Shown here in pieces: positions 23,796 through 37,228 of a stretch of DNA of 64,000 bases. The DNA comes from Octopus sinensis. Its lineage: Eukaryota. Below the pieces are notes generated by a model. It did no database searches, was not told where the DNA came from, and saw nothing but the letters and a program-made list of their open reading frames with translations. The stretch spans positions 130,076,001-130,140,000 of the forward strand of contig NC_042997.1 of NCBI RefSeq assembly GCF_006345805.1, in the 5' to 3' direction. A program made the translations under genes and the position numbers. Within the stretch, counting starts at the first letter, position 1; each line of letters opens with the position of its first letter.

Positions 23796-25001
23796 GTAGG
23801 TTTTATAAAATATTTTCCATTAGATCTTGACATTCTCTTGTACCAATTTCCACATCTAACTGTAAAATTGTAACTTGATATCAAATCCTTAACAGCTCCA
23901 TCCTGAACTGGAAAGTTTGAGTATAATATCTATTTATAATGTCTATTGGTTAAAAAATACAATTAGATTGAACAGTGCTTCTAACTATCTGATGTGGTAT
24001 ACTGGCAATTTTTTTTTTCCAATGTGCAGGGGACTAGTAATATTTCTTAGTAATATTAATTTATACCAGAAACAATACATCTAGATGCAAGTGACTGAAT
24101 AGTCTTTGGAATACTAATCAGAGAATTCAGTTCCACTTGAAATCACCATTCATGTTATAATCTTTACTGTGCTTCATATTCTTACTTTTCTCTTTTTTCC
24201 CTTTCCAAGATAAGTTTTTATTTATTTGGACATGTTCACATTATTCAACTTTTTTCCACTAAGATTTCTTTCCTACTATGAAGTAGAAATAGAGCAATAG
24301 GATCTATGTCAGTAATGCAAACCTAATGATTACACACCATGTGGCTCTTTACAACAGTTGGTGTTTGGTGTGAACTAATGATAATGTTCACACCAGGCTG
24401 TCTTTTCCACTTCTTTCCAGTCGGATCCCTGCTTTTTCAACTCTGCTTCAGTATCTCAACCTCTAGCTATTTTTAGGCCACCCTCTCTTCTACCACTCTT
24501 GTGGTTGTATGTTTCCCTGACAGAAGGCTTTTCTCTCTCCTAGATCTTGTTGGTTTCGAATTATCATCCATGCATCTATAACCTTGCTTTTTTCTAGGTA
24601 GGTGTCTTGATCCTACACAAACCTATTTCTCTCTCTGAAAAGTGGTGGTCCATATTATTCTGGCCTGTGTCCTTTGACTTGTCTCGCATGTGAGGCTCTA
24701 CCAAGTACTTGGACTCCATTGGCATTGCTTTCTCAGGGTCATTGAGGCATACAAGCTATTAATACAACAGGGACTGGACCTTATTGTGGTCATGAATGCA
24801 GTCAGCCAGTAATCTAACATATTAAGCTTACAACCACAGTGCCTGTCTTGAGAATCTACTCTATAACAAACATTGTAAAGCTTAGAAGTATCTAGATAAC
24901 ACGAAACTATTCACAATGTAGAAAACTTTGCATAGAGACTTAGTTTTGTGAAACCCAGCCTTTGATATTATATCACTTATGTCTTTATATTATCCTGACA
25001 G

Positions 25002-25118
25002 AAAGGAAATACTGCTGTGCAGTATATTGCAGCCCACCCGTCCAAGATTTATGGTTTAGACTGGAGTCCATTTTCAGAGTACAATTTAGCTACTTGTAGT
25101 CAGGACTGTACAGTGAAG
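25002..25118 (+). CDS. WDR59: WDR59 exon 8 (KGNTAVQYIAAHPSKIYGLDWSP...CTVK)
   Basis: gacag/gtaag, 117 nt. Confidence 0.95.
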
Positions 25119-25287
25119 GTAAGTTTTTACTTCCACATTTTGATATATAAGTTGGTACTAATTCTGAATGAGAATTTTGTCATTGAACAAAATGTGTTCC
25201 CCCTACCCTCTTCTCTGTTTCTCTCTTTCCATTTCCATTGAAAATCTTTAAGATGTCCCAAATATTTGCTGATAATTTCTAATCAAC

Positions 25288-25735
25288 ATCATCATCATCG
25301 TTTAACATCCGTTTTCCATGCTAGCATGGGTTGGACGATTTAACTGAGGTCTGGCAAACTAGATACCTGCACCAGGCTCCAATCTGATCTGGCAGAGTTT
25401 CTACAGCTGATGCCCTTCCTAATGCCAACCATGCCGAGAGTGTAGTGGGTGCTTTTACGTGCCACCGGCATGAGGGCCAGTCAGCCGGTACTGGCAATGG
25501 CCACGCTCAAGTGGTGCTTTTTATGTGCCACCTGCACAGGAGCCAATCCAGCAGCACTGGCAACGACCTCGCTCGAATGTTTTTTTCACGTGCCACCAGC
25601 ACAAGTGCCAGTAAGGTGATGCAGGTAACGATCATGCTCGAATGGTGCTTTTTACGTGCTACCAGCATGGGAGCCAGCTTGTTGCTCTGGCAACGATCAC
25701 ACTCGTATGCTACTCTTAGTGCTCACCCAAGCAAT
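25288..25735 (-). mobile_element. Family A repeat
   Basis: Reverse complement of the family consensus. Confidence 0.85.
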
Positions 25736-26284
25736 ATTCTGATGACAGTAATGTCAACTTCTGCAGTAACTCTGATAATGTGCCTAAAAATTACAATGAT
25801 TCAGTTCCTGGCCAATAATAGTTTTTAAGTCCATTTCTCCTGCTCCTAATATTACTATATGAAATATCCTGTCTTCATTAAAAAAAACTGTATACCTCAA
25901 GTTAAAGATTTTATTGCTGGAACTTCATTTTACAATAATTCTTTGAGAAGCAAAAGTGCCTGTGCAGAGCATGTAAAAGCGCCCGGCACACCCTGTGAAG
26001 TAGTTGGCATTAGGAAGAGCATTCAGCCATAGAGACCATGCTAAATCAGACTGGAATCTGGTGCAACTCACCAGCTTGTGAGCTTTGATCAAACCATCCA
26101 ACCCATGCCAGCATGGACAATGGACGTTAAATGATGGTGATGATTTTGCATTAATTTCAATGTAATATTTTCATTAACACAGAGAAAAATGTACAATTTA
26201 GATGCAATTATCTTAATATTGCTTCCTACTTGCATACTTGAATTCTTTACTTTAATTCTTTCCTATCTTAATTTGTAAAAGAGC

Positions 26285-29200
26285 TACTCTTGGGTCCCAA
26301 ATAATAGAGGGGTTGGAATAAGCAGGTGGGTTGGATATTTGCTTAAATTCATATAAGCGGGTCGGTTGGAAAATCCGTATTTGTATAGCGGTAACTGTAT
26401 AAAATTTTAAAATTTTCTAGGTTGTCTCTCTTGATTTTCTTTTTTTTTAAACCTGTTATTTACTTTTTCGTTTTGGGATTTGGTTTGCAAGATTCTTTAT
26501 ATGAGTTCGTGTGTTGAAGCATATTCTGTTGTGTCTGGGGAGAGTTATTTTCTTTTTGTGCCTTATAATGTAACACACTCACCGGTAAAATTTTAGGACA
26601 ATAAAAATAAGAAAAAAAGTGGAAATTTTACCGATGAATGTGTTACATTATAAGGCACAAAAAGAAAATGACTCTCCCCAGACACAACAGTTATTTACTC
26701 TCCAGTCCCAAATAATAGGTGGGTGTGTTGAAATAAGCGGGTGGGTTGGACATTTGCTTAAATTCATATAAGCGGGTAGATTGGAATAAACGGAGGTGGG
26801 TGGGAATCAGTAACAGCATAGTGTATATACGAAAATTAGAAAAAAAGCATCTTAAAGTACATATAACAACACAACGAGGCAAAAGAAATTAACAAGAGGC
26901 AAGTGAAATTAGCACACACGTGTACTTCAAACGTTCACTTCAGTTAAGATATACATTTGGATAATAAAAACAAGACATTTGTTAATTATGGTAATTTGGG
27001 GATTTTTTTTTAAATGCTGTGGACTAAACAGATATTGGTATAAGCAACATGTCTTAAAAAGAAAGAAAAGTAAAACACAATGAAAAGAGTATGTAATTAC
27101 TGTTTTGTGAACTTGCAGTATTTTTATACCATACATAATAAAACATAGCACTCCATAAATAGGTATAAATGATAGACTCATGATTTTTCATCACTGTCCT
27201 TCTGCAGATTTCTTGGTTTCAATATTCGCTTCTTTACAGATTGCCAAGCTTCACTGACAGTTGACATGAGTTGACATGCTTTGATATGGCAAGAAAAGTG
27301 TAGAGGTCTTGTTTTTATATAACACCTGTATTTTTTCAAGGAACAGGGCATCTTTATTAACCTGTTCATCACTGCTGATTCCTATTAGAGAGATAGAGCT
27401 TCCTATCATCATGTTTGGTCGACCATGCTGTGGCTCCTGTGAAACCTCCATGGGGATTTTTCCAGATGGGTCAATCACCTCCAGAAGATTCCAAGATGGC
27501 TTGCTTTCATCTACCGATTCACTTTTGGCAGTTTTTTCTTCTGTGCCATCACCATCAAATAGTTTTGAGCCTTCAATATTATTTGCATGCTTGACCCCTT
27601 TCAGTAGAATTAAGTTCTTCATGACTCTCTGAATAGTATTTGGCCAGGGTTTTGATGTCACGAAACTCTCACAGCAACAGACCGATGAGATGCATAATTT
27701 TCAGAGCCATCGAAAGTATTTGTGGCCCATGTCAACTTGAAAGCAGCTTCAACATCAATCTGCATGTGCTTGTTATAGCATCTGCATTATCTTGGATCGA
27801 TTGGGTGTGGGTGTTTTCTCTATTTTGTGATGTTTTGCTTTCAATTGTTTGTACAAGTGTGTCATTAACTTGAACAAATCCAGAGATACTACCACTGATG
27901 ATGACTAGTACATAACCCCTTTCCTAGATGGCATCTCTTCAAATGCACCATGTAATCATCAAGCACATAAATGGCAAATTTTGCATGTGAAAGCATATTG
28001 AATCAGTTTGGAAGGTTTTCAATAGTACAGAGTTGCTGTCCTAATCTATAAGAACCTTTAGAAGACCATTGATATTTCATTGTAGGCACGGCATTCAGTA
28101 GTGGTGGTCTTTTTCCAGTTCCTTTCAATACAAACTCTGGAATAAGATTGATTTTGGTACCATTGCTAACCTGTGTGAACACCATGATACATTCCCTAGA
28201 CAAATGCTGGTTTTCTTTGACGAATGTATCTTAATTTCTGAATGACAAGGTAGCTTTTCTGCTACTTTCATTCCGGTGCAAGGACATTTGATTTCCATTG
28301 ATAATAGGAGGATCTACACTAAATTTGTCAAGGAATTAACAATGCACACTCCATATGTTCTTCAAATAATCCTGAATGCACTCAGCACATTGCTCTTTGG
28401 AGATTGAAATATGTTTGTTTGGAAATTTCAGTAATACCCCGTACTCTTTTTGCTAACCTTTCATCCACCTTTTTGAAAAACAAAGATTTTCCACACTTGG
28501 TGTGCTTGGGTGTTGGCAAATCTACTCCTCGTAAAATTTCTCAGCCTGTAATAGGAAAAGAGCTTGTGGTAATCTCACATGCAGTGATGTTCTAACATCC
28601 ACAAACCCTTTAAACAAGATGCCTTCATGCTTGGTGCTTTTGTTTTATGACCTCCTCCAACGACTCTGAAACGTTTCTTTGTATTGTTTTCAGTGCTATC
28701 AGGTTTGCCTTTCAGATATTTTTCATAGCAGTATTTGGCTACTTTAACAATAGAATCAAATAGCTGATCAGAGTTTTTGACACTGGCCAAATTTGAGTAA
28801 AACAAGCAAACTGTTTTGGCAAGATATCCAAGTTTCAGGACGTCTGGGACATGGTGTTTCCTTTTAGCAACCAATGAGTTTTCCCTTTCATTTGCTCTAA
28901 TTCAGAATCATACTCCTCTTTGCATTTGTTCATCATGATAGCAAGTGCTTGCTTTTCTTCTATAAAATAATTTCCATATATCACACCACAAAATACTTTT
29001 TTCTCTGCCATTATGCTATGAAAAATAGTTCAAAGAGAAATTACTTGAGCCGTGTTGATGTTGTTAAATCCTTATTCCATAAAAAGCTTGTCCTGTAAGG
29101 ATAAACAGTTCGTCATTGAAGTTCTTAGTTTGTATGGAATTTGTGTTGGCATTTGGTAGAGAAATCATAGAGAAATTGAAAATAAAGATTTGCTGACTAC

Positions 29201-30205
29201 AGTGTAGAGTGGTAGTAAAGTCACTTGTATGTTACAGACTGGGGCAGTTGTCCAGTGTAAAGTTTTTATAAACTCTGGCTGGTTGTAAAGCATATTTTCT
29301 GACAGCAATTTCCTTGTATTCTATGTGTCCTGAAGCAGGTGTGTTGTGTCTCGAAATGATTGATCTTTTTAGGGTTGAAGGTTATCAATGCCCTAAAATG
29401 TTGAAGGCTCACCTGCATGAACATTGGCTACAATATACTGTGGATAAATATTTTTCTTCCATGTGTTACGAAAAAGAATAGAACACTCCAGGTTTTCTTC
29501 CCATTCCTGTCATCTGGGTTTTTTTTTATCGTGCTGTTTCACAATTTGTGTCAGTCAAAATAATAATGAATTCCCCCAGAGTTGTGTTTTGTACTAGTAA
29601 CAGGAATCAGTTTAATTGACTTTCCCCTTCCCTTTAAATTACTAGCCTTGTGCTTAAGCATTGGGCAAAGTGCCTTGCAGCATTACATTCTGAGTTCAAT
29701 CCCGCTGAGGTCAGCTTTATCTTTCATCCCTACAGGGTCAATAAAATAATGCACCAGTAATGTAGTGGGCTGCTTTAATCCACTTGTCCCTCCCCACAAA
29801 TTGTTGGCCTTGTGCCTGAATGAGAAATCATTAAAATTTGCTAGGCTGTCACCCTTGATTTCTTTCTAAAACTAGAATTAGTTATTTAGTTTATATAATC
29901 CTATTTATTTTATAACATATGGTATTACTTGTAATGTTCTTTTTTTTCTGTCATATATATATATAATGTTTTTAATGTAAAATAAAATTATTATTAGATT
30001 CTCCAGCTGTTGTATCAATATGAATAGCTTAGAATAAAATTTCACCAGAGATAGATTAGCAAAATTTAATAAGCAAGGTAGGTTGGAAAAAAGCAGAGAG
30101 GATATTAAAAATTAATAAGCGGTAGGCGGATAAAAGCATGAGGGTGGAAAAAATCTGAAAAATTGATAAGCGGCAGGGAGGGAGGTGTCTTATACAAGAC
30201 CCCCA
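26285..30205 (-). mobile_element. Degenerate pogo-like (DDE_1) DNA transposon with a duplicated left end
   Basis: Broken transposase frames at 27180-28960 (FRVVGGGHKTKAP; GTKINLIPEFVLKGTGKR); terminal tactc...gtcccaaataatag at 26285 and 26696; subterminal ataagcgg repeats also at 30070-30200. Right boundary is uncertain. Confidence 0.65.
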
Positions 30206-30840
30206 TGTGTCTGTGTGTGTGTGTATGTATCACAAACATAATTTTGTAAATGAGAAGTTCATTTCTTAACCATGTGATTTCAGGATTAGTTTCATTGCAT
30301 GACACATTGAGCAAGTGTCTTCTGCTATGACCCAGGCCAACCAGAGACTAGAGTGAATTTGGTAGATGGAAACTGAAAAAAAGCATGTTGTCCATGCATG
30401 TGTGTTATGTGTGTGTGAGTGTGTGCTCATGTGTACATTTGTATCAGCATTTCTCAGACAGTTGCTCCACTAGAAGTAGAGAGGTTCTTGTCTTTTCTCT
30501 CATCAACTAATCACTGGCTTTGTGCCTTCAAACATGGGTGGAATGATAAGAGAGCTCTTGAAAAACAGCTAAGGATTAGTGACAGGAAGGACATCTGGCT
30601 ATATAAGAGTGCCTCAACAACTTACTCTCTAATTCATGTAAGCACAGAATAACAGTTGTAAAGTGAGAATTGATATATTGTCATCATCATTTAACATCTG
30701 TTTCCTATGCCAGCATGAATTGGATGAGTTGAGAGGAGGGTGCAGTAGTACTGAGGGAGATGGCTTTGTACCAATATTGAGAGGTTAGAGTATGAATAGA
30801 TGGACCTATGTGTATATGTATGTATGTATGTATGTATATA

Positions 30841-30872
<32 letters not shown>

Positions 30873-30873
30873 C

Positions 30874-31337
30874 ACAAAATGAGAAAATGGAGAAACATAC
30901 CTAAATCAATCATCAACCATCAGATAATACCCAATCAATACTTTATTAAACCATTACACAACAGCAATGATATTATACATTAATATAGTACAAATATAAC
31001 AAGACATAGAAATAGAAAATACATTTACATTGTAGCTGACAGCTGTTTCGGCCGTGAAGACAGGTATGTCCCATTTAACCTATTAGCCATATAAAGCAGG
31101 TATACCTGCTTTATATGGCTAATAGGTTAAATGGGACATACCTGTCTTCACGGCCGAAACAGCTGTCAGCTACAATGTAAATGTATTTTCTATTTCTATT
31201 TCTATGTCTTGTTATATTTGTACTATATTAATGTATAATATCATTGCTGTTGTGTAATGGTTTAATAAAGTATTGATTGGGTATTATCTGATGGTTGATG
31301 ATTGATTTAGGTATGTTTCTCCATTTTCTCATTTTGT
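30874..31337. repeat. Spacer-less palindrome, arms about 230 bp
   Basis: Centre between 31102 and 31103 (gcaggta|tacctgc); the arms differ only by a 6-nt tatttc indel. Confidence 0.95.
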
Positions 31338-31651
31338 ATTATTAATTTACGGTAATAATTTTACCCTTGCCCACATAATACAGTAGATGAATTGCATCAC
31401 AATTTTTAACATTTATGTATTAGCTTTGTTGGGTACTTCTCTAGCAGTATATTGGATATATGTTATCCCATGGAGGGTTGAATTTACAACCCCTATCTCA
31501 TTTTATAAATATATATATATAATATATATATATATAAATTTAAAATAATAAGGGTGAAAAATTGAATATTAATTTGATTAATATAAATTTAAAACCAGTG
31601 GTCTAGCATATTTAAAAATCTGAATTTTCAGAAAAAATTATATTACATACA

Positions 31652-31850
31652 TATAAAAGGAATGACCTGTAAGTGGACATCCATTATGCTAGAAGAAGAT
31701 TCGCTATGGCCTTATCACTAATAAAGGAATGTTCTCAAGAAAATTTAGCAAATTTGCTAAATTTTCTTGAGAACATTCCTTTCTTAGTGGTAAGACCATA
31801 GCAGATCTTCTAGCATAATGGATGTCCACTTACAGGTCATCCCTTTTATA
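31652..31850. repeat. Spacer-less palindrome with a perfect 30-bp inner arm and diverged outer arms
   Basis: Centre at 31752/31753 (agcaaa|tttgct); the left arm belongs to the family at 60083-60290. Confidence 0.9.
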
Positions 31851-32130
31851 CTTGTTCATGTTGCCTTGAATAAATACAGATAATATGAACTAGAGATGAC
31901 TTTTTAATGTTCCGGAGACAAAGCAACCTCACTAGTGCTGGTGCCATGATAAAATTCATCATGCACACACTGTCAAGTGGTTGATAAGTGAATGGAGATA
32001 TCTTTGGTCTTGCTAGTGACAACCTCTGTAGTGTTGGTGCCACAATAAAATGCATAGAGTACACTGTAAAGTAGTTGGATGAAAGGCATCCAGCTATAGA
32101 AACCTTGCTAAAAATGGTACATCTTGTTAA

Positions 32131-32326
32131 CCCATTAGCACCCATGGTCCTTTTTTTAGGACGAGAGGGATAATCCATCATATTTCTGCAACACATGTAT
32201 TTTTCTGAGATACTGGAGTCTTTCAAATATTGTAATTAAATTTTTTTTATATATTAATATCAGATAAAGTTGTATAAAAAAAGATTTTTGGTAATAAATC
32301 AAATAAAAAGTTTGGGCACTAATGGG
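32131..32326. mobile_element. piggyBac-type MITE
   Basis: TTAA on both sides; TIRs cccattagcaccca / tgggcactaatggg (2 mismatches). Confidence 0.75.
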
Positions 32327-32670
32327 TTAAAGTAGAAAACAGGCCCCTTAATGACTGAATGAATAACTACTGTTCGATAAGTGTTGTTTTCTGGAATTAT
32401 TCTTAGGATAATTGTATGAAATTAACTATATGCATGGCATCCCTTGGAAATATTGTGAATCAATTTTCACTGTAGGCATGTGCCTTGCACTCAGTTTTAG
32501 TAGTCCATGTAGAACTTTCCTTGTAGGAAGCCCTATCTGAGCAACTGAAACTGTGTTGAGGCACTCTATGAGATTTTCTATGGAATATTATTCAACGTGC
32601 CCATAGTTAGTACACACTTGTGTAAATATACCCCCATAGCAATGCAACCATGTTTTATTGTATTTTCTAG

Positions 32671-32748
32671 TTTTGGGATGTCACAAATTCTAAACGTCAG
32701 GAAGAAGTGCTAGTATCCGGTTCTCCAGTTTGGAAGGCTCGCTACACT
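32671..32748 (+). CDS. WDR59: WDR59 exon 9 (FWDVTNSKR...PVWKARYT)
   Basis: tctag/gtaag, 78 nt. Confidence 0.94.
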
Positions 32749-33689
32749 GTAAGTATACATTATAATTTAATGTTCTGAAATTCAGTTTTAATTTTCATCC
32801 CAATTTTCAAAGAACTCTGTAAAAACATACATTTCGTTTGGAATAATCTGTGTTCTTAAACCTAAACTGAACTACCATCAAAAACTGTATGCAATTGTGT
32901 GTTAGATCTTTCATATATGTTCATTATATGTTAAATACTATGAAATGTAGATGAAAAAACAACTTGGCAAAAGATGAGACATTTTTATACTGTATTGCTC
33001 AGTGGATAGAGCATCAGGCTCACAATCATGAGGTAGTGAGTTCGATTCCCAGACCAGGCTGTGTATTGTGTTCTTGAGCAAGACACTTTATTTCTTTTAT
33101 TTAGTTCACTCATCTGTAGAAATGAGTTGCAACATCACTGGTGCCAAGCTGTTTCAGCCTTTCCCTTTCCCTTGGATAACATTGGTGGCATGGAAAAGGG
33201 TGGCTAGTATGCATGGGTGACTTCTAGCCTTCCACAAAAACAGCCTTGCCTGGACTTGTGCCTCAGAGGGAAACTTTCCAGGTGCAATCCTATGGTCGTT
33301 CATGACTGAACAGGGTCTTTACCTCTATATACTAACTACATAAAAAATTACTTATTTTGCACCACTATATACTTGTTATATAACTGTTGGAGTTTTACAC
33401 CATTTGGCATTAGGAAGGGTATCCAACCATAAAAACCATGCCAAATCAGACATTGGAACTCGACGCAGTCCTTAGACATCAGTTCCTGTTAAACCATCCA
33501 ACTTATACCAGCATGAATTCACTTGGTTTGACAAATTCTAATACTTCCATATTCATGTAACCAATCAAACTAATTATATTTTCAAATGACATTGCAACAA
33601 AATATTAGTAAAGGTATATGGAAAAAATGGAAACATAGGCCTAAGATAAACATAACAAATTGCCAATAACATTTAATAGAAAAGCAATC

Positions 33690-34160
33690 CATCATCATCA
33701 TCATCATCGTTTAACATCCGCTTTCCATGCTGGCATGGGTGGGACGATTTGACTGAGGACTGGCAAACCAGATGGCTGCACCAGGCTCCAATCTGATCTG
33801 GCAGAGTTTCTACAGCTGGATGCTCTTCCTAACTCCAATCACTCCGAGAGTGTAGTGGGTGCTTTTACGTGCCACCGGAATGAGGGTCAGTCGGGCGGTA
33901 CTGGCAACAGCCATGCTCTAGTGGTGTTTTTTATGTGCCACCTGCACAGGAGCCAGTCCAGCGGTACTGACAACGACCTTGCTCGAATGTTTATTTTCAC
34001 ATGCCACCAGCGCAAGTGCCAGTAAGGCGATGCAGGTAACAATTACGCTTGAATGGTGTTTTTACATGCCACTGGCATGGAGGCCAGCTTGTTGCTCTGG
34101 CAACGATCCTGCTCGTATGGTACTCTTAGCACTCCACTAGCACGGATGCCAGTCATCGAA
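33690..34160 (-). mobile_element. Family A repeat
   Basis: Nearly colinear with 25288-25735. Confidence 0.85.
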
Positions 34161-34364
34161 TTTGATTTCAATTTTGATAGAAAGGCAATCCAATATATTC
34201 TATGTAACAGCTAACATAGCAAATCCCTAGAGAACTAGCAGCTTTAATCTTAGAGTTTATTTATATTCTTTGTTATGAGAAGCAAAAGAATCTAATGTGG
34301 TCCAATGACTGAAATAAGTGATCCTCCTAACAGATCTTTCTTTCTCGTTTCCTTTCTTTCACAG

Positions 34365-34521
34365 CCTTTCCAAATTGGATTAGTCACACTTGTTCTACCT
34401 CAATTAACCAGGGAGCCATATCTGTATTTATGGAATATTTCTAACCTCAAGCAACCTGTGCACACTTTTGTAGGACATGCTGATGTTGTTTTAGACTTTC
34501 ACTGGAGAAATAAAGCAAAAG
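34365..34521 (+). CDS. WDR59: WDR59 exon 10 (PFQIGLVTLVLPQL...FVGHADVVLDFHWRNKAK)
   Basis: cacag/gtaat, 157 nt. Confidence 0.95.
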
Positions 34522-34647
34522 GTAATCTATTGATTTGTCTGTGTGAGTTTGTGTGTGTGAGAGTGAGAGCATGTTTTGAATGTTCCCTTTTATCAGGAAT
34601 ACGATAAGAGTTTTGTGGAATGTTGTGTATACGGTATGTATGGAAGG

Positions 34648-34887
34648 TCCATAAGGTGGCGAGCTGGCAGAAACGTTAGCACTCCAGGTGAAATGCTTAG
34701 CGGTACTTCATCTGCCGCTACGTTCAAAGTTCAAATTCCGCCGAGGTCGACTTCACCTTTCATCCTTTCGGGGTCGATTAAATAAGTACCAATTATGCAC
34801 TGGGGTCGATATAATCGACTTAATCCGTTTGTCTGTCCTTGTTCGTCCCCTCTCTGTGTTTAGCCCCTTGTGGGTAGTAAAGAAATA
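34648..34887 (+). mobile_element. tRNA-derived SINE (family B; core ttcatcctttcggggtcgattaaataagtacc)
   Basis: Box A/B-like head (gagctggcagaaacgttagc...gttcaaattcc); flanking repeat ggtatgtat(g/a)gaaggt. Confidence 0.85.
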
Positions 34888-35465
34888 GGTATGTATAGAA
34901 GGTAGAGAGGAAGAAGAGGATGGAGGTGGAGTTGATAGACAATATAAAGAAGAGAAAATAAGAAGCGTAGGAATCCTCATTGAGGCAGTGGTGAAAAATG
35001 ATCAAATTTTGAGCCTTACAGAGATGACAAAGAACCAAGACATTTGGCAATTTGTTGTACTTGAGAAGACCTTCCCAGGTATGTTAAATCCTGAACATAA
35101 TGGTGGGTCCTTTATGTCCATTCTCCCCATTCACTCCACAACCCATCTTCCTGTCACTTCCCTCCTTTCCCCCACCCATGTTCACTACCACTGTATTTCT
35201 TCTCCTTCCTTAGATTCTCTCCCATGTACCAACTGGCATACAATATGTTTCCATTGAATCCCTTCATCACAACATATTCTCCTAATATCCATTCCCTCTA
35301 CCTGTGTCCACTCATTATACCCCCCTCATCCCAGGTTCAACTTTCCTTTCGAAATCTTGGAAACTCACTCTCTCCAATCCCTGCCCCATTTCACTTCATA
35401 CACCTCCCTGTAATTTGGGTGTGTGGTCCACGATACCTTCCAATCACATTCTCACCATCTATCTC

Positions 35466-35879
35466 GGATCTTTTCAGTTTGAACGGCAGTTTTTTCTAGC
35501 GGTGTCATATGAAACTGTCACCCATAATTATGACCCTAGTATCGCTCTATTGCATTTCAATCTGTTTTAGGGTTAGGGGTGGGGGGAAGGGTTTCTTTTT
35601 TTTTCTTCAGAAATGTAAATAAACCCAATCTGTTTCTTAAACGAGGGACATATTCATATGGCACAGAATGTTTTCAACTCAATAGATGTCATTGATTGGT
35701 TGATATTGCAGAAATTGAAGAAAAAAAACAACAAATATCTTACAAACTATAGAATTTTCTCAATAAAGCCAAGAGAAAAAGATGTTTTATAAACACATTC
35801 TACCAGTATACAAAGTTTAAAAGTGTTTAGTTACGTAGAAATTATTAAAAAAAAACTGCCGTTCAAACCAAAAAGATCC
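35466..35879. mobile_element. MITE with about 30-bp GGATC-starting TIRs and 8-bp TSD (Merlin-like)
   Basis: TIR ggatcttttcagtttgaacggcagttttt / aaaaactgccgttcaaaccaaaaagatcc; flanks tctatctc / tctttctc. Confidence 0.85.
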
Positions 35880-36120
35880 TCTTTCTCTCCTCTTTTTCTC
35901 TCCACCTGATGTAGCTGTTTCTCTTCTGATGCAAGACACCTTTTTCTTCCTCCACCCCAGCTGAGATGTCTTGCCTCAAAAGTTACGCTGTGACCCCACT
36001 GCTGTAGGTGCCTTGTAAAAAGCACCTAGTACACTCTTGTAAAGCGCATTTAGCCATAGAAACCATACCAAAACAGACCACAGAGCTTGGCACAGTCTTC
36101 CAACCTACCAGTTCCTGTCA

Positions 36121-36985
36121 TCATCATCATTGTTCGACCGTGGTCGAGACAATGGAATTTACCATGCTACGCCAGACTTCACGGTCCATCATGGCATTAC
36201 AGAGGTCCTGTTGCTGGATGCCTGTATCCCTGGAGATTACATCAGGGTAGGAGAGTGTGCGCCCTCTGGTATTGCGAGTAGATGGCTTCCAGAGGAGAAG
36301 AGTAGAAATTACCTCGTTTCAGCTCTACAACAATGTCCAGTGGTAGTTTCCCATATATTTGCATTTTGGTTGGATGGCGCTTCCACAAGAGATTTTGAGC
36401 TCTCATAAGGAGGCGAGTGTAGGTTCCATCCAACCGCCTCTCAAGCTTCTTTGATAACGTCCAGGTTTCTGAGCCATATAGTAGAATTGGTTCGACTGTG
36501 GCTTTGAAGATTTCAAGTTTGAAGTCTCTACTTAGATTTGATGACCAGATCTTATGCATGTCATTACAGGCTGACCAGGCCATACCCTTTCTAGTTAGAA
36601 AGTCTTTTCCAGATGATGATATGTATGATCCAAGATATTTGTAATCAGAAACCATATTTAAGGGAACATTGTTGAGAGTATGGATGATGCAATCACTGTT
36701 GGACAGGCACTTGTTTATGTATTCAGTTTTGGCCTCATTGAGGTAAAGACCTACACAATTTGAGGCTTGTTCAAGAGATTGTAAAAGAGACTGGGCATTA
36801 GAGAGAGAATCACTGATAAGAGCGATGTCGTCAGCAAAGTCAGTGTCTGTCAAGTACTCAGCTGGGTGTCTGGAACTTCTTCTTGGTTTTATTTCAAAGC
36901 CCTTGCCAGAGATGGTATCAACTGACATACGTAGCACATAATCAACAACAATGATGAAAAGAAATGGGGCGAGTGTGTCTCCCTG
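36121..36985 (-). mobile_element. 5'-truncated RTE-clade LINE with 12-bp TSD
   Basis: QGDTLAPFLF, DFADDIAL, YKYLGS, LLYGSETWTL; (ATG)n tail; TSD cagttcctgtca at 36109-36120 and 36986-36997. Confidence 0.9.
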
Positions 36986-37228
36986 CAGTTCCTGTCAAAT
37001 CATCCGCCACTTCCAGAAAATGGATGTTGAATGATGATATTTTCTATGGCTGGATGCTCTTCTTGTTGCAAATCCTGTCCTGTTTCTGAGCAAGATAATA
37101 TTTTCCCATGGCCAGACATGTTTACACGGTATATTGGAAAATAAATGACATTCATTTACTACAATCACGCAATGTTAAGACAAGGAGACCCAATCATATA
37201 CACACTCATACTTACATACATACATGTA

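Noticed and set aside
32995-33065. tRNA-like sequence (also near 10810 and 60690)
   Set aside because: Box A/B are present but the acceptor stem does not close and the sequence runs into a shared SINE body; these are SINE heads, not tRNA genes.
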